Part shown: positions 54,209 to 63,715 of the stretch, in pieces
How the letters are laid out: the number at the start of each line of letters is the position of its first letter
How positions within the stretch are numbered: the stretch's first letter is position 1
Assembly (NCBI GenBank): GCA_963843835.1
Contig: CAWJMD010000008.1
Location: forward strand, 1,228,706 to 1,292,705
DNA: 64,000 nt
From: an uncultured Actinomycetota bacterium
Lineage (GTDB): Bacteria > Actinomycetota > Actinomycetes > Actinomycetales > CAWJMD01
Direction of reading: 5' to 3'
Made by a program: the position numbers and the translations under genes
Notes under the pieces: model-generated
The model's input: the letters and a program-made list of their open reading frames with translations, nothing else
Database searches by the model: none
Told to the model about the DNA's origin: nothing

Positions 54209-55209
54209 CCGTCGGTTCCGCTGGGCGCCGGTGTGACGGCCGCGCCCTCGAGCGTGCGGGCCGGCAGAGGCGGCAGCACGCTACTGGCGTCGGGTCCCAC
54301 TCCGTAGTGGCCGACACCGCCCTGGGTCTGCTCCAGCAGGGCCAGCACGCCGTCGAGGCGGCCGAGCGGCTTCTCGAGCAGGTCGACGCTCGACACCGTG
54401 CCGGCGGCGTCGGCGTCGGCGCGCAGGGCGGCGATCGGGCCCCCGTCCCCGGCGTCAGCCTGCGTCGGGCCCATCAGCACGGCACCGGCCGAGGCCTGGT
54501 CGGCGGCGACCGCGAGCGCGAGCGTGGACTCGACGTCGGCGGCGGCCCAGTCCGTGTCACCGGCGCCGGCGGCATCGGACGGAGCGCCCGTGACCACCAC
54601 GGCCAGGTCCGCGCGCCGGGGCTCGTTCTCGGTGACCGTGACCAGCTCGGCCGAGACGAGCGTATCCAGCACGGTGCTGCCGTCGTTGTCACGCTCGCCG
54701 CCGTTGGCGGAGAGGACCCCGCGCGTGAGCAGCGCCGCCATCTGCTCGGCCGGCGTCCCGTCGGCCAGCTGCCCCGGGAGCAGGTACTGGAGCAGCCCGT
54801 CGGAGACGTCCGTTCGCGTCGACTCCTGCGCCGGGTCGGTCCAGCTCGGTTGCACGGCGACCGTCGACGTCACCGTGGCCCCGGCGTCGGCCAGCTCGGA
54901 CGTCAGCTCGTCCACGTCGGCCCCGACCGCCCCTGGCATGGTGATGACCGCGACCGAGCGGTCCGCGAGCGTCCCGGGGACGACCGCCGCCGACAGGGCG
55001 GTGATCGCCTCCTCGCGCTTGTCCAGCGCCGCGTCGCGGTTCTGGACCGCCTGCTGCAGCGCCTCCTTGTCGTCGCGTAGCGCCTGCACCTGGCTGGTGA
55101 GGGTGTCGCCGATGGACTCCTTGAGTGGGCCGGCGCCCAGGACGACGCCGATGGCGAGCGCCATGAACACCGACACCAGGGAGACCAGGTGGTAGCGGAA
55201 GTCGATCAC
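54205..55209 (-). CDS. mctB: Copper transporter MctB-like protein (DUF3186; Rv1698-like)
   Basis: 334 aa. MIDFRYHLVSLVSVFMALAIGVVLGAGPLKESIGDTLTSQVQALRDDKEAL is the hallmark N-terminus. It lies directly downstream of steA. Confidence 0.7.
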   Translation of the reverse strand: MIDFRYHLVSLVSVFMALAIGVVLGAGPLKESIGDTLTSQVQALRDDKEALQQAVQNRDAALDKREEAITALSAAVVPGTLADRSVAVITMPGAVGADVDELTSELADAGATVTSTVAVQPSWTDPAQESTRTDVSDGLLQYLLPGQLADGTPAEQMAALLTRGVLSANGGERDNDGSTVLDTLVSAELVTVTENEPRRADLAVVVTGAPSDAAGAGDTDWAAADVESTLALAVAADQASAGAVLMGPTQADAGDGGPIAALRADADAAGTVSSVDLLEKPLGRLDGVLALLEQTQGGVGHYGVGPDASSVLPPLPARTLEGAAVTPAPSGTDG

Positions 55210-55279
55210 CGTGAGGCCGTCCTCTTCAGGGGGGTCAGGTCGTGCGGGCGGGGGCAGCTCGGGCGGCGTCGGGCCATCA

Positions 55280-56485
55280 TCAGCCGCCGCCGAGGTCGCG
55301 GAACCAGTCCACGATGACCGTGACGAGGTCGTCCGCCCACCCCGCTGCGATCGCGAAGAACGCCTGGCCGCCGCTGGTCGACGCGAGCGCGATCCCCAGC
55401 GCGGCCAGACCCGCGATCACGAGTACGGCGAGCTGCAGGTTCGAGATGCGCTGCCGGTACAGACGCGAGACGCCCTTGGCGTCGACCAGCTTGCCACCGA
55501 CGCGCAGCCGGGTGAGGAAGGTGCTGGCCATGCCGGCGCGGCCCTTGTCGAGGAACTCCACGAGCGTGACGTGGGTGCCGACCGCCACGATCAGCTCCGC
55601 ACCCTTGTCGTCGGAGAGGAGCATCGCGATGTCCTCGCTGGTGCCGGCCGCCGGGAACACGACCGGGTCGACGCCGAGCGCCACGACGCGGTCCAAGCCG
55701 GGAGCGGTGCCGTCCCGGTAGGCGTGGACGACGATCTCGGCGCCGCTCCTCAGCGTCGCGTCCGAGACCGAGTCCATGTCACCGACGACGATGTCCGGCT
55801 TGTACCCGGCCTCGAGGATGGCGTCGGCGCCCCCGTCCACCCCGATCATCACCGGGCGGTACTCCCGGATGTACGGCCGCAGCGTCGCCAGGTCCTCCTT
55901 GTAGTGGTAGCCCCGGACCACGATGAGGGCCTGGCGGCCCTCCATGTCGGTGGTGATGTCGGGCACCCCGACGCCGTCGAGCAGCAGGTCGCGCTCCTTG
56001 CGCAGGTACTCCATCGTGTTCGCCGCGAACGCCTCCAGCTGGACGGCGAGCCCGGCCCGGGCCTCCTGCTGCGACGCCTCCACCGTCTCCTCGGTCTGCA
56101 GGATGCCCTCGGCGAGCAGGCGGTCGCTGTGGTGGACGTCGAGCACCCGGTGGCCGTCGACGCGGACGCTCTGGCCGTCGTGGACGGTGGTCATCACGTC
56201 TTTGCCGACGCCGTCGACGAGGGGGATGCCGGCCTCGAGGATGATCTGCGGGCCCATGTTCGGGTAGCGACCGGACGTGCTGGCCGAGGCATTGACGATG
56301 GCGGCGGGACGGCAGGCGACGAGCGCCTCGGCGGCGATGCGGTCGATGTCCTTGTGGTCGATGACGGCGATGTCACCCGGCTTCAGCCGCTTCGTGAGGT
56401 CCTTCGTGCGTTTGTCCACACGCGCGGTGCCGGCGGTACCGGGCAGGGTGAGCGCAGTCTTGCGACGCAGCTGGAGTCTTCTCAT
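55280..56485 (-). CDS. steA: Putative cytokinetic ring protein SteA (Rv1697-like)
   Basis: ATG 56485 inside listed ORF 55280..56533. GTARVDKRTKDLTKRLKPGDIAVIDHKDIDRIAAEALV...IVVGDMDSVSD. Confidence 0.75.
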   Translation of the reverse strand: MRRLQLRRKTALTLPGTAGTARVDKRTKDLTKRLKPGDIAVIDHKDIDRIAAEALVACRPAAIVNASASTSGRYPNMGPQIILEAGIPLVDGVGKDVMTTVHDGQSVRVDGHRVLDVHHSDRLLAEGILQTEETVEASQQEARAGLAVQLEAFAANTMEYLRKERDLLLDGVGVPDITTDMEGRQALIVVRGYHYKEDLATLRPYIREYRPVMIGVDGGADAILEAGYKPDIVVGDMDSVSDATLRSGAEIVVHAYRDGTAPGLDRVVALGVDPVVFPAAGTSEDIAMLLSDDKGAELIVAVGTHVTLVEFLDKGRAGMASTFLTRLRVGGKLVDAKGVSRLYRQRISNLQLAVLVIAGLAALGIALASTSGGQAFFAIAAGWADDLVTVIVDWFRDLGGG

Positions 56486-56545
56486 GACGCCCACATGCTC
56501 CCACGTTGCCGCCCGCGCTCGCGGAGCAGGCACGCCCGGAAAGGG

Positions 56546-58252
56546 CTAGACGCGCTGCGCCTGCACCAGCAGCTCCGCCGCGTGGGCGCGGGCCGTGTCG
56601 GAGTCCTCCTGGCCCGCGAGCATGCGGGCCAGCTCGCGCACCCGGTCCTCGCCCTCGACCGTCGTCACGTCGCTCTGCGTGACCCGCCCGTCGTCGGACT
56701 TGACCACGACCAGGTGCCGGTCGGCGAAGGCGGCGACCTGGGCGAGGTGGGTGACCACCACGACCTGGGCCGACTCCGCGAGGGTGGAGAGGCGTCGGCC
56801 GATCTCGACCGCGGCCTTGCCGCCGACCCCCGCGTCGACCTCGTCGAACACGAAGGTCGGGACGGGGTCCAGCCCGGCGAGCGCCACCTCCAGGGCGAGC
56901 ATCACCCGTGACAGCTCCCCGCCCGAGGCACCGCGCGAGAGCGGACGGTCCGGCGCGCCCGAGTGGGGCGCGAGGAGCAGGGTGACGTCATCGGCGCCGT
57001 GCGGACCCCGCTCACGGGGCCGGACGTCGACCGTGAGCCGGGCGCCACCCATCGCCAGGTGCTCCAGCTCGTCGGCCACGGCGGACGACAGGCGACCCCC
57101 AGCAGCCGTCCGCGCCGCCGTGAGCTCGCCCGCCAGCCGGGTCAGCTCCACGTCGAGCCGCGCGTGCTCGGCACGCAGCTCGTCCACCCTGACGTCGTCC
57201 CTGTCCAGCTCGTGCAGGCGCACAGCGGCGTCCTGAGCCCAGGTCAGCACCGCGTCGACGTCCTCCCCGTACCGGCGTGTGAGCGTGGTGAGCTCGGCAC
57301 GCCGCTCGTGCACCGTGGACAGCCCCGCCGGGTCGGCGTCGACGGTGCCCAGGTAGGTCGCCAGCTCGGCTGCGACATCCCCCGCCATGTACCCGATCTC
57401 GGCCAGGCGAGCAGCCAGCGTGCTCAGCTTCTCGTCGAAGGCCGCCGCGCCCTCCACCTCGCGGCGCGCGGCCTCGACGAGCTCGAGGACGTCGGGCACG
57501 GGCTGGGTCGCGTCCTCCTCGCCGACCAGGTGCGCATGCGCCGACGTGGTCGACCGGCGCAGCTCCTCGGCGTGCTCCAGTCGCTGTGACAGGGCCTTCA
57601 GCTCCACGTCCTCGCCCGGTTGGGGGGCGACCGCCTCGATCTCCTCGAGACCGGCTCGCAGCAGCTCGGCCTGCTGACGGCGAGCCGTGGCCTGCTCGGT
57701 GATCTCGGTGAGCTCGGCATCCACGGCGCTGAACCGCTGCCAGGCGCTGCGGTACGCGGTCAGCGGCCCGTCGACCGCGTCGCCGCCGAAACGGTCGACG
57801 AGCTGCCGCTGCCGTTCGGGCGAGCGCAGGAGGATCTGCTCCGACTGACCGTGCACCGCGACGAGGTCGTCGGCGAGGTCGGCCAGCGTGGCGACCGGCA
57901 CGGCACGCCCGCCGAGGTGGGCCCGGCCGCGACCGTTGGCACCGACCGTGCGGCTGACGATCAGCTCCCGGAGCCCGTCCGGCAGAGGGTCCATGTCCGC
58001 CCCGGCCCCCTCGGCGCGCGTCGCCACCGGCCCGTCGCCCGCCACGATGAAGTGCCCCTCGACGCCGGCGGACGACTCACCCGCCCGCACCGCCCCGGCG
58101 TCCGCCCGGCCACCCAGCAGCAGGCCGAGGCCTGTCACGACCATCGTCTTGCCGGCTCCGGTCTCGCCCGTCACCACGGTCAGGCCGGGACTGAACTCGA
58201 GCACCGCCTCGCTGATCACCCCCAGGCCGCGCAGGCGCACCTCCTCGATCAC
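56546..58252 (-). CDS. recN: DNA repair protein RecN
   Basis: 568 aa. MIEEVRLRGLGVISEAVLEFSPGLTVVTGETGAGKTM, long coiled coil, C-terminal SGGELSRVMLAL. Confidence 0.95.
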   Translation of the reverse strand: MIEEVRLRGLGVISEAVLEFSPGLTVVTGETGAGKTMVVTGLGLLLGGRADAGAVRAGESSAGVEGHFIVAGDGPVATRAEGAGADMDPLPDGLRELIVSRTVGANGRGRAHLGGRAVPVATLADLADDLVAVHGQSEQILLRSPERQRQLVDRFGGDAVDGPLTAYRSAWQRFSAVDAELTEITEQATARRQQAELLRAGLEEIEAVAPQPGEDVELKALSQRLEHAEELRRSTTSAHAHLVGEEDATQPVPDVLELVEAARREVEGAAAFDEKLSTLAARLAEIGYMAGDVAAELATYLGTVDADPAGLSTVHERRAELTTLTRRYGEDVDAVLTWAQDAAVRLHELDRDDVRVDELRAEHARLDVELTRLAGELTAARTAAGGRLSSAVADELEHLAMGGARLTVDVRPRERGPHGADDVTLLLAPHSGAPDRPLSRGASGGELSRVMLALEVALAGLDPVPTFVFDEVDAGVGGKAAVEIGRRLSTLAESAQVVVVTHLAQVAAFADRHLVVVKSDDGRVTQSDVTTVEGEDRVRELARMLAGQEDSDTARAHAAELLVQAQRV

Positions 58253-58259
58253 TGCACGC

Positions 58260-59222
58260 TCACCGCTCGGCCGGTCCGCGCCAACCGGTCACCGGCAGCC
58301 GGAACTTGGCCACCAGGCGGTCCGTGAACGGTCCGGTGGCCAGGCGTGCGAGCCGCACCGGCTCCTCCGACCGCCGCACCTCGATGCGCGCGCCCGGGGG
58401 CAGCTCGACGGTGCGGCGGCCGTCGCACCACAGGACCCCGGACGAGGCGCGGTCGAGGACCTCGACGGCCAGGACCGACGTGGGCGCCACGACCAGCGGG
58501 CGCGCGAACAGCGCATGCGCGGAGATCGGCACCATCAGCAGGGCCTCGACCTCCGGCCAGACCACGGGGCCACCGGCGGAGAAGGCGTACGCCGTCGAGC
58601 CCGTGGGGGTGGCCATCACGACACCGTCGCAGCCCACGGTCGACACGGGGCGGCCGTCGACCTCCGTGACGACCTCGAGCATGCGCTCGCGGCTCGACTT
58701 CTCGACGCTGGCCTCGTTGACGGCCCAGGTGCGGGCGACCTCCTCGCCCTGGACGGTGACCCGCACGTCGATCGTCATACGCTCCTCGACGACGTAGTCG
58801 CGCGCGGCCAGGCGGTGGACGGCCTCGGCCAGGTCCTCGCGCTCGCTCTCGGCCAGGAAGCCGACGTGCCCGAGGTTGACGCCCAGCAGCGGAGCCGGGT
58901 GCCCGCGCACCAGCTCGGCCGCCCTCAGGATGGTCCCGTCGCCACCGAGCACGATCACCAGCTCGGCGTCACGGACGGCCCGGGTCGGGTCGTCCACGGC
59001 ACGCGTCGAGTCGGGGGCGTCGGGGATGGCGTCAGCCTCGTCGGCCAGCATCGCGGGCGAGAAGCCGACCTCGACGAGGCGGTGCAGCAGCTCGGTGGTG
59101 GCGTGGACGGCCTCCGCGCGGCCGGTGTGCGTCAGCACGAGGACGCTGCGCTCGGTCCGGGGCCCACCGCGTCCGTGCTGCCTGCGTTCGGGGTCGATGT
59201 CACCCGAGACGACCCGGATCAC
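58260..59222 (-). CDS. nadK: NAD kinase
   Basis: GTG 59222 (GTGA overlap with the tlyA stop) in frame with ORF 58260..59324. VLGGDGTILRAAE and NEASVEK motifs. Confidence 0.85.
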   Translation of the reverse strand: MIRVVSGDIDPERRQHGRGGPRTERSVLVLTHTGRAEAVHATTELLHRLVEVGFSPAMLADEADAIPDAPDSTRAVDDPTRAVRDAELVIVLGGDGTILRAAELVRGHPAPLLGVNLGHVGFLAESEREDLAEAVHRLAARDYVVEERMTIDVRVTVQGEEVARTWAVNEASVEKSSRERMLEVVTEVDGRPVSTVGCDGVVMATPTGSTAYAFSAGGPVVWPEVEALLMVPISAHALFARPLVVAPTSVLAVEVLDRASSGVLWCDGRRTVELPPGARIEVRRSEEPVRLARLATGPFTDRLVAKFRLPVTGWRGPAER

Positions 59223-60053
59223 TTGACGGCCCCCTGCGGTCCGTCCTGCACGGCTGCGGTGACGCGCTGGACGAGCTCGTCCGGACCGTACCCCCGGTCC
59301 TCTGCCGTGTCCCGTCGCAGCCACAGGAAGTACTCGACGTTGCCGCTGGGGCCGGGCAGCGGGCTGGCCTGCACGCCCCGCACGCCGAGACCGACGGCAC
59401 GGGCGGCCTCCCCCACCGCGACGACCGCTTCTCGCCGGTGGGTGGGGTCACGGACGACGCCGCCCGAGCCCAGCCGCTCCCGACCCACTTCGAACTGCGG
59501 CTTCACCATCAGGACGAGGTCGGCGTCGGGTGCGCTGCAGGCCGCCAGCGGACCGAGCAGGAGGGTCAGTGAGATGAACGACAGGTCCCCGACCACGAGG
59601 TCGGGTGCGGGGGCGACGTCCTCGGGCTGCAGGGTGCGCACGTTCGTGCGGTCGAGGACGGTGACGCGCGGGTCGCTGCGCAGCGACCAGGCGAGCTGCC
59701 CGTACCCGACGTCCACCGCCACGACGTGCTCGGCACCTCGCCGCAGCAGGACGTCGGTGAACCCTCCGGTGGAGGCACCCGCGTCGAGGCACCGACGACC
59801 CTCGACCATCACGTCCTCGAAGGCGTCGAGCGCCCCCGACGAGCTTGTGCGCCCCCCGGCTGACGTAGTCGGGTCCCTCGGCAGCCTCCGCGACCACGAT
59901 CGGCGCGGAGGTCTCCACCTGGGTGGCCGACTTCACCGCCGTGCTGCCGCTCACGCTGACGCGTCCGCCGTCGACCAGCTCGGAGGCGTGCTGGCGCGAA
60001 CGAGCCAGCCCGCGGCGGACCAGCTCAGCGTCGAGGCGCACGCGGCGGGGCAC
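59219..60053 (-). pseudogene. tlyA: TlyA family rRNA (cytidine-2'-O)-methyltransferase, one frame break as assembled
   Basis: S4 domain MPRRVRLDAELVRRGLARSRQHASELVDGGRVSV...YVSRGAHKLVG (ORF 59448..60053), then ALDAFEDVMVEGRRCLDAGASTGGFTDVLLRRGAEHVVAVDVGYGQL... (ORF 59219..59812). The break is in the C5 run 59833-59837. Confidence 0.8.
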
Positions 60054-60057
60054 ACCG

Positions 60058-60294
60058 TCAGCCCTCGGTGGACGACAGGCGCTCCTGCAGCGCCTGGTGG
60101 ATCTCGGCCAGCACGGGCAGCTGGGCGGCCGGGTCGAGATCGGGATGCATCCCCGTGAGCCGGGCGAGGACGGCGTCGACGCCCGCGTCGCCCGTCAGGT
60201 CGACCTCGTCCTCGCGGGCATGCCCCGTGCCGGAACGCACGCCCTGCGGCTCGCGCTGCGGAAGCTCCCGTGGACGCTCTGTCATCTCGTTCAC
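60058..60294 (-). CDS. Small conserved hypothetical protein (Rv1693-position)
   Basis: C-terminal part of listed ORF 60058..60516. GTG 60294 (GTGA overlap with the upstream stop) or ATG 60285. MTERPRELPQREPQGV...VDAVLARLTGMHPDLDPAAQLPVLAEIHQALQERL. Confidence 0.45.
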   Translation of the reverse strand: MNEMTERPRELPQREPQGVRSGTGHAREDEVDLTGDAGVDAVLARLTGMHPDLDPAAQLPVLAEIHQALQERLSSTEG

Positions 60295-60853
60295 GGCTGC
60301 ACTGCCTTCGTGGCGGTCGACTTCTTCGCTGCGGACTTCTTCGTGGCGGTCGACTTGTTCGTCGCGGTCTTCTTCGCTGCGGTCTTCGCAGCCGGCTTCT
60401 TCGCGCCGGCTTCTTCGCAGCCGGCTTCTTCGCAGCCGGCTTCTTCGCCGCTGTCCTCTTCGCGCTCGGCCGCACGACCGTCGCGGTCGTCGCGGTCGTG
60501 CTTCTCGGCGGCGCATCGGCCGGGGCAGGGACGTCGGCCAGTGCGGCCTCGATGTCCGCGAGGCGACGCCGGAGCACCTCCAGCTCGGCAGCGGTCACCA
60601 CGCCGACCGACGCGACGCCACGCTCGACCTCGGTCCGGACGATGTCGACGAGCACGCCTCGGTTGCTGCGCGCGGTCTCGATCAGGTCCTCCGCGAGGCC
60701 CGCGATCTGGACAGCCATCGTCGAGGCGTTCGCGGGGATGCCGCTGACACCGCCCTGGGCGACGAGTGCCTGGGCGACCTCACGCGCCTTCGCCGCCGTC
60801 GCCTCGGTCAACCCACTCGCCAGCTGGACGTACCCACGCAGACCTTCGAGCAT
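60291..60853 (-). pseudogene. Coiled-coil (phasin-like) protein with C-terminal Ala/Lys/Pro-rich histone-H1-like tail, one frame break as assembled
   Basis: ATG 60853 (SD GAAGGAGG). MLEGLRGYVQLASGLTEATAAKAREVAQALV...AKRTAAKKPAAKKPAAKKP, then a shift to AAKKPAAKTAAKKTATNKSTATKKSAAKKSTATKAVQP* ending at TGA 60291-60293. The break is at a 14-nt copy of a 15-nt repeat (~60405). Confidence 0.5.
60390..60448. repeat. Tandem 15-nt repeat (4 copies, one only 14 nt) encoding AAKKP units
   Basis: AGCCGGCTTCTTCGC at 60390-60404, 60419-60433 and 60434-60448. The copy at 60405-60418 lacks the leading A. Confidence 0.8.
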
Positions 60854-60878
60854 CCTTGCCTCCTTCGACGGGGCCACG

Positions 60879-61910
60879 CTACCGCCCGGACCGGCCGGGC
60901 ACTGACCCGAGCCGAACGTCGGTGAGCAGGGCGTCGGGGGTGGTGACCTCACGCCCGGCGTCGCGGGCCGCCCACAGCAGTGCGAGTGCTGCACGGGCCG
61001 TGTCGAGGGGATCCGGGGCCTGCCTGCGGACACGGATCTCGGAGCCGTCCAGCTCGAGCTCGGCATCGCCGCACACCGCGCGGCCGCCGGTGACCTCCGC
61101 CAGGTGGACGGCGCCGGCGAGGTCGGCCAGCGTTCTCACCACGTACGTCGGACGCTGGTGCGGGGGCGCCTCCGCGGCGTCGGCCAGCCCGTGGACGCCC
61201 GTGAGCACGAGGACCGTGTCCATGCCGGCAGCCCGTCCGCCCTCGATGTCGGTGTCGAGCCGGTCACCGAGGACGAGGGGATGCCGGGCACCCAGCCGTT
61301 CCGCGGCATACCGGACTGCCTCGGCCCGGGGTTTCCCCGCGACGAGGGGGTCCACGCCCACCGCGGCCCGCACGGCAGCCACGAGAGTCCCGTTGCCCGG
61401 GGCGATGCCACGGGGGGTGGGGATCGTCAGGTCGGTGTTGGTGGCGACCCACAGTGCCCCGGCGTTCACGGCGAAGGCCGCCTCCGCCAGGTCGGCCCAG
61501 CCGACGGCCGCGCCGTAGCCCTGCACGACCGCCTCCGGCTCGTCCGTGGCGGACAGGACCGGCACGAGACCCGTGGCACTCAGTGACGCCGCCACACCTG
61601 GTCCGCCGACTGCCAGCACCCGCGTCCCCGCGCCCAGCCGGTCGACCACCATCTGGGCCGCGACCTGCGCCGAGGTCACTACCGTGTCGTCGGCCAGCTC
61701 CAGGCCCAGCCGGCGCAGGTGCGCCGCCACGTCAGCGGCGGGCCGACCTGCGTTGTTGGTCAGGTAGGCCACCTGAAGCCCGGCGCCCCGCGCTCCTGTC
61801 AGGGCCTCGATCGCGTCCGGGACGGGATCGGGCCCCACGTAGACCACGCCGTCCAGGTCGGCGAGGAACGCGTCGTAGGCGTCACGCAGCCGCGGCTCCG
61901 GCTCGCTCAC
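60879..61910 (-). CDS. HAD-IIA family hydrolase (Rv1692-like)
   Basis: 343 aa. FLADLDGVVYVGPDPVPDAIEAL...YLTNNAGR...GKP...GDRLDTDIEGG. Confidence 0.8.
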   Translation of the reverse strand: MSEPEPRLRDAYDAFLADLDGVVYVGPDPVPDAIEALTGARGAGLQVAYLTNNAGRPAADVAAHLRRLGLELADDTVVTSAQVAAQMVVDRLGAGTRVLAVGGPGVAASLSATGLVPVLSATDEPEAVVQGYGAAVGWADLAEAAFAVNAGALWVATNTDLTIPTPRGIAPGNGTLVAAVRAAVGVDPLVAGKPRAEAVRYAAERLGARHPLVLGDRLDTDIEGGRAAGMDTVLVLTGVHGLADAAEAPPHQRPTYVVRTLADLAGAVHLAEVTGGRAVCGDAELELDGSEIRVRRQAPDPLDTARAALALLWAARDAGREVTTPDALLTDVRLGSVPGRSGR

Positions 61911-61915
61911 GATCG

Positions 61916-63407
61916 TCAGCCTCGTCGGTGCGTCGCGCGGGGGCTCGGAGGAGCCGTCCGTCCCGCCGGCGCTGGAGGCCCGACCGTATCGGCGGTGCCA
62001 CCGGTACCGCCGGCCTCCTCGTCGGAGTCGTCGTCGGAGTCGTCGTCATCCTCGAGCAGGTCGACGATCTCGCCCGGTTCGAGACCACCCCACCCGAGCC
62101 GCTCGGCGGCACCGGTGATGCCGTCGACGTCGGCGGCAGCGGCCCGTTCGAGCCACTCACGGGCGCTGTCAGGACGACCCGCGGCCTCGAGGGCGTCCGA
62201 GTACGCAGACATCAGCCGGGCGCGCGCAGCACGTGCCGGACCGGATCCCGCCGTCGGCGGGACCTCGAGCTCGGCCACCTGCAGCATGACCACGGCCGCG
62301 TCGTGCTGGCCGAGGTCCTGTCGCGCACCGGCGGCCACCATCAGCATCTCGAGCTGGCCCGCCCGGTCAAGGTCTTGGCCTCGTCGGACGCGGCCAGGTC
62401 CAGGGCGCGCTCCGGGCGTCCGAGGCCGCGCTCGCAGTCGGCCATCACGGCGAGGTGCTCGGACGAGCCGGTCAGGCGGCGGGCGGTGCGCAGCTCGCGC
62501 AGCGCCTCCTCGTAGTGTCCGACCTGGTAGGCGGCGATCCCCAGGGCCTCCCGCACGAGCCCGACCCTGCCCGCGCGCCGCTGTGCGGCCTGCGCGTGGG
62601 CGTACGCCAGCTCCGGGTCCTCGTCGAGCAGCTGTGCCGCCATCACCAGGTGGCGTGCCACGGAGGTGGCGTTGTCACGAGACAGTGTCCCGAGCTCGCC
62701 ACGTACGTGGCGGTCGAGCTCGTCGCCCGTGATCTCGGGCGGCAGCGCCGGCTCCTGCTCCCTGACGGACCGGTCCGCACCGGCGTCGCGAGCCGGGCGA
62801 GCGCCACTCCCGCGACCGCCGTCGCGGTCGGGACGGCCAGACCCGCGAACGGTCGGGACGGCCAGGCCGATCGGGACGGCCCGAGGATCCCGCCGCGCCT
62901 GTACGGGCCGACGGACCCGACCGGTCACCCGACCTCGAGTCGGCTCCTCGTGACCGACCGCCACGGGCCTCCCCGCCCGCGGGGGGACGCCCTGCACCCC
63001 TGGACCCATCCCTCGACCACGGGGAGCGCTGGGAGCGGGAGCTGCCAGCGGCACTGTCCCGCGGACTTGGGGTGCCGCCACCGCGCACCACCAGTGCCCC
63101 GCGCTGCTCCGGACCCGCGCGGCGAGTCACCGCTGCGTCCAGCTCCGGACCCCTGAGGTCCACGACGCGTCGCACCACCGGCTCCGCCGCTGCTTCGTCC
63201 GGCACCGGAACCTCCACCACCCGTCGGACGACCACCAGCGGCTGGACCGCCCCGTCCGCCGGTGCCGCGGCTCGGGCCACCACTGCGACCGGCCCCGGGC
63301 GCGCGGCCACCGCCGGCGCCCCGGGCTCCTCCACCCGAGCCGCCACCAGTTCGTCCGTCGCGGTCCCCGCGCCCGCGCCCTCTGTCGCTCCCCGCTCCTT
63401 GTGCCAC
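61916..63407 (-). pseudogene. Tetratricopeptide-repeat protein with Arg/Gly-rich N-terminal region (Rv1691-position), one clear and two probable frame breaks as assembled
   Basis: GTG 63407 with SD GAAGGAG. The RG-rich text moves through three frames (ORFs 62925..63407, 62675..63346, 62341..63081). The TPR part ...LDLAASDEAKTL then continues as DRAGQLEMLMVAAGARQDLGQHDAAVV (ORF 61916..62347). Breaks are near 63080, 62839-62851 and 62367. Confidence 0.55.
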
Positions 63408-63486
63408 GTTCGGCTCCTTCGCTAGCGGTGGTGTGGGCGGCGCCCTGCGTCATCCCGGCGCCACCATGTCACAACGCAGAAATGCC

Positions 63487-63520
63487 GATGACGGCCACCC
63501 CCGAAGGGGTGGCCGTCATC
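63487..63520 (-). terminator. rRNA operon terminator hairpin downstream of 5S rRNA
   Basis: Minus strand GAUGACGGCCACCCC-UUCG-GGGGUGGCCGUCAUC (perfect 15-bp stem, UUCG loop), located 8 nt after the 5S 3' end. Confidence 0.6.
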
Positions 63521-63527
63521 GAAAGTA

Positions 63528-63647
63528 TGTCCGGCGGCGTCCTACTCTCCCACGAGGTCCCCCTCGCAGTACCATCGGCGCAGTTGGGCTTAGCTTCCGG
63601 GTTCGGAATGGAGCCGGGCGTTTCCCCAACGCTATGACCGCCGAAAC
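63528..63647 (-). rRNA. rrf: 5S ribosomal RNA
   Basis: The reverse complement reads GTTTCGGCGGTCATAGCGTTGGGGAAACGCCCGGCTCCATTCCGAACCCGGAAGCTAAGCCCAACTGCGCCGATGGTACTGCGAGGGGGACCTCGTGGGAGAGTAGGACGCCGCCGGACA, a canonical actinobacterial 5S. Confidence 0.9.
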
Positions 63648-63715
63648 TCTATGGAGATGTCAGGGTCGAAGATCGACCGCACCTCGGGAACCGCACAGTG
63701 GACGCAAGCAAGAAA

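Noticed and set aside
57888-60158. ORF 57888..60158 (+, 756 aa)
   Set aside because: It is antisense to recN, nadK and tlyA, and its Arg/Pro/Ser-rich text has no recognisable domains.
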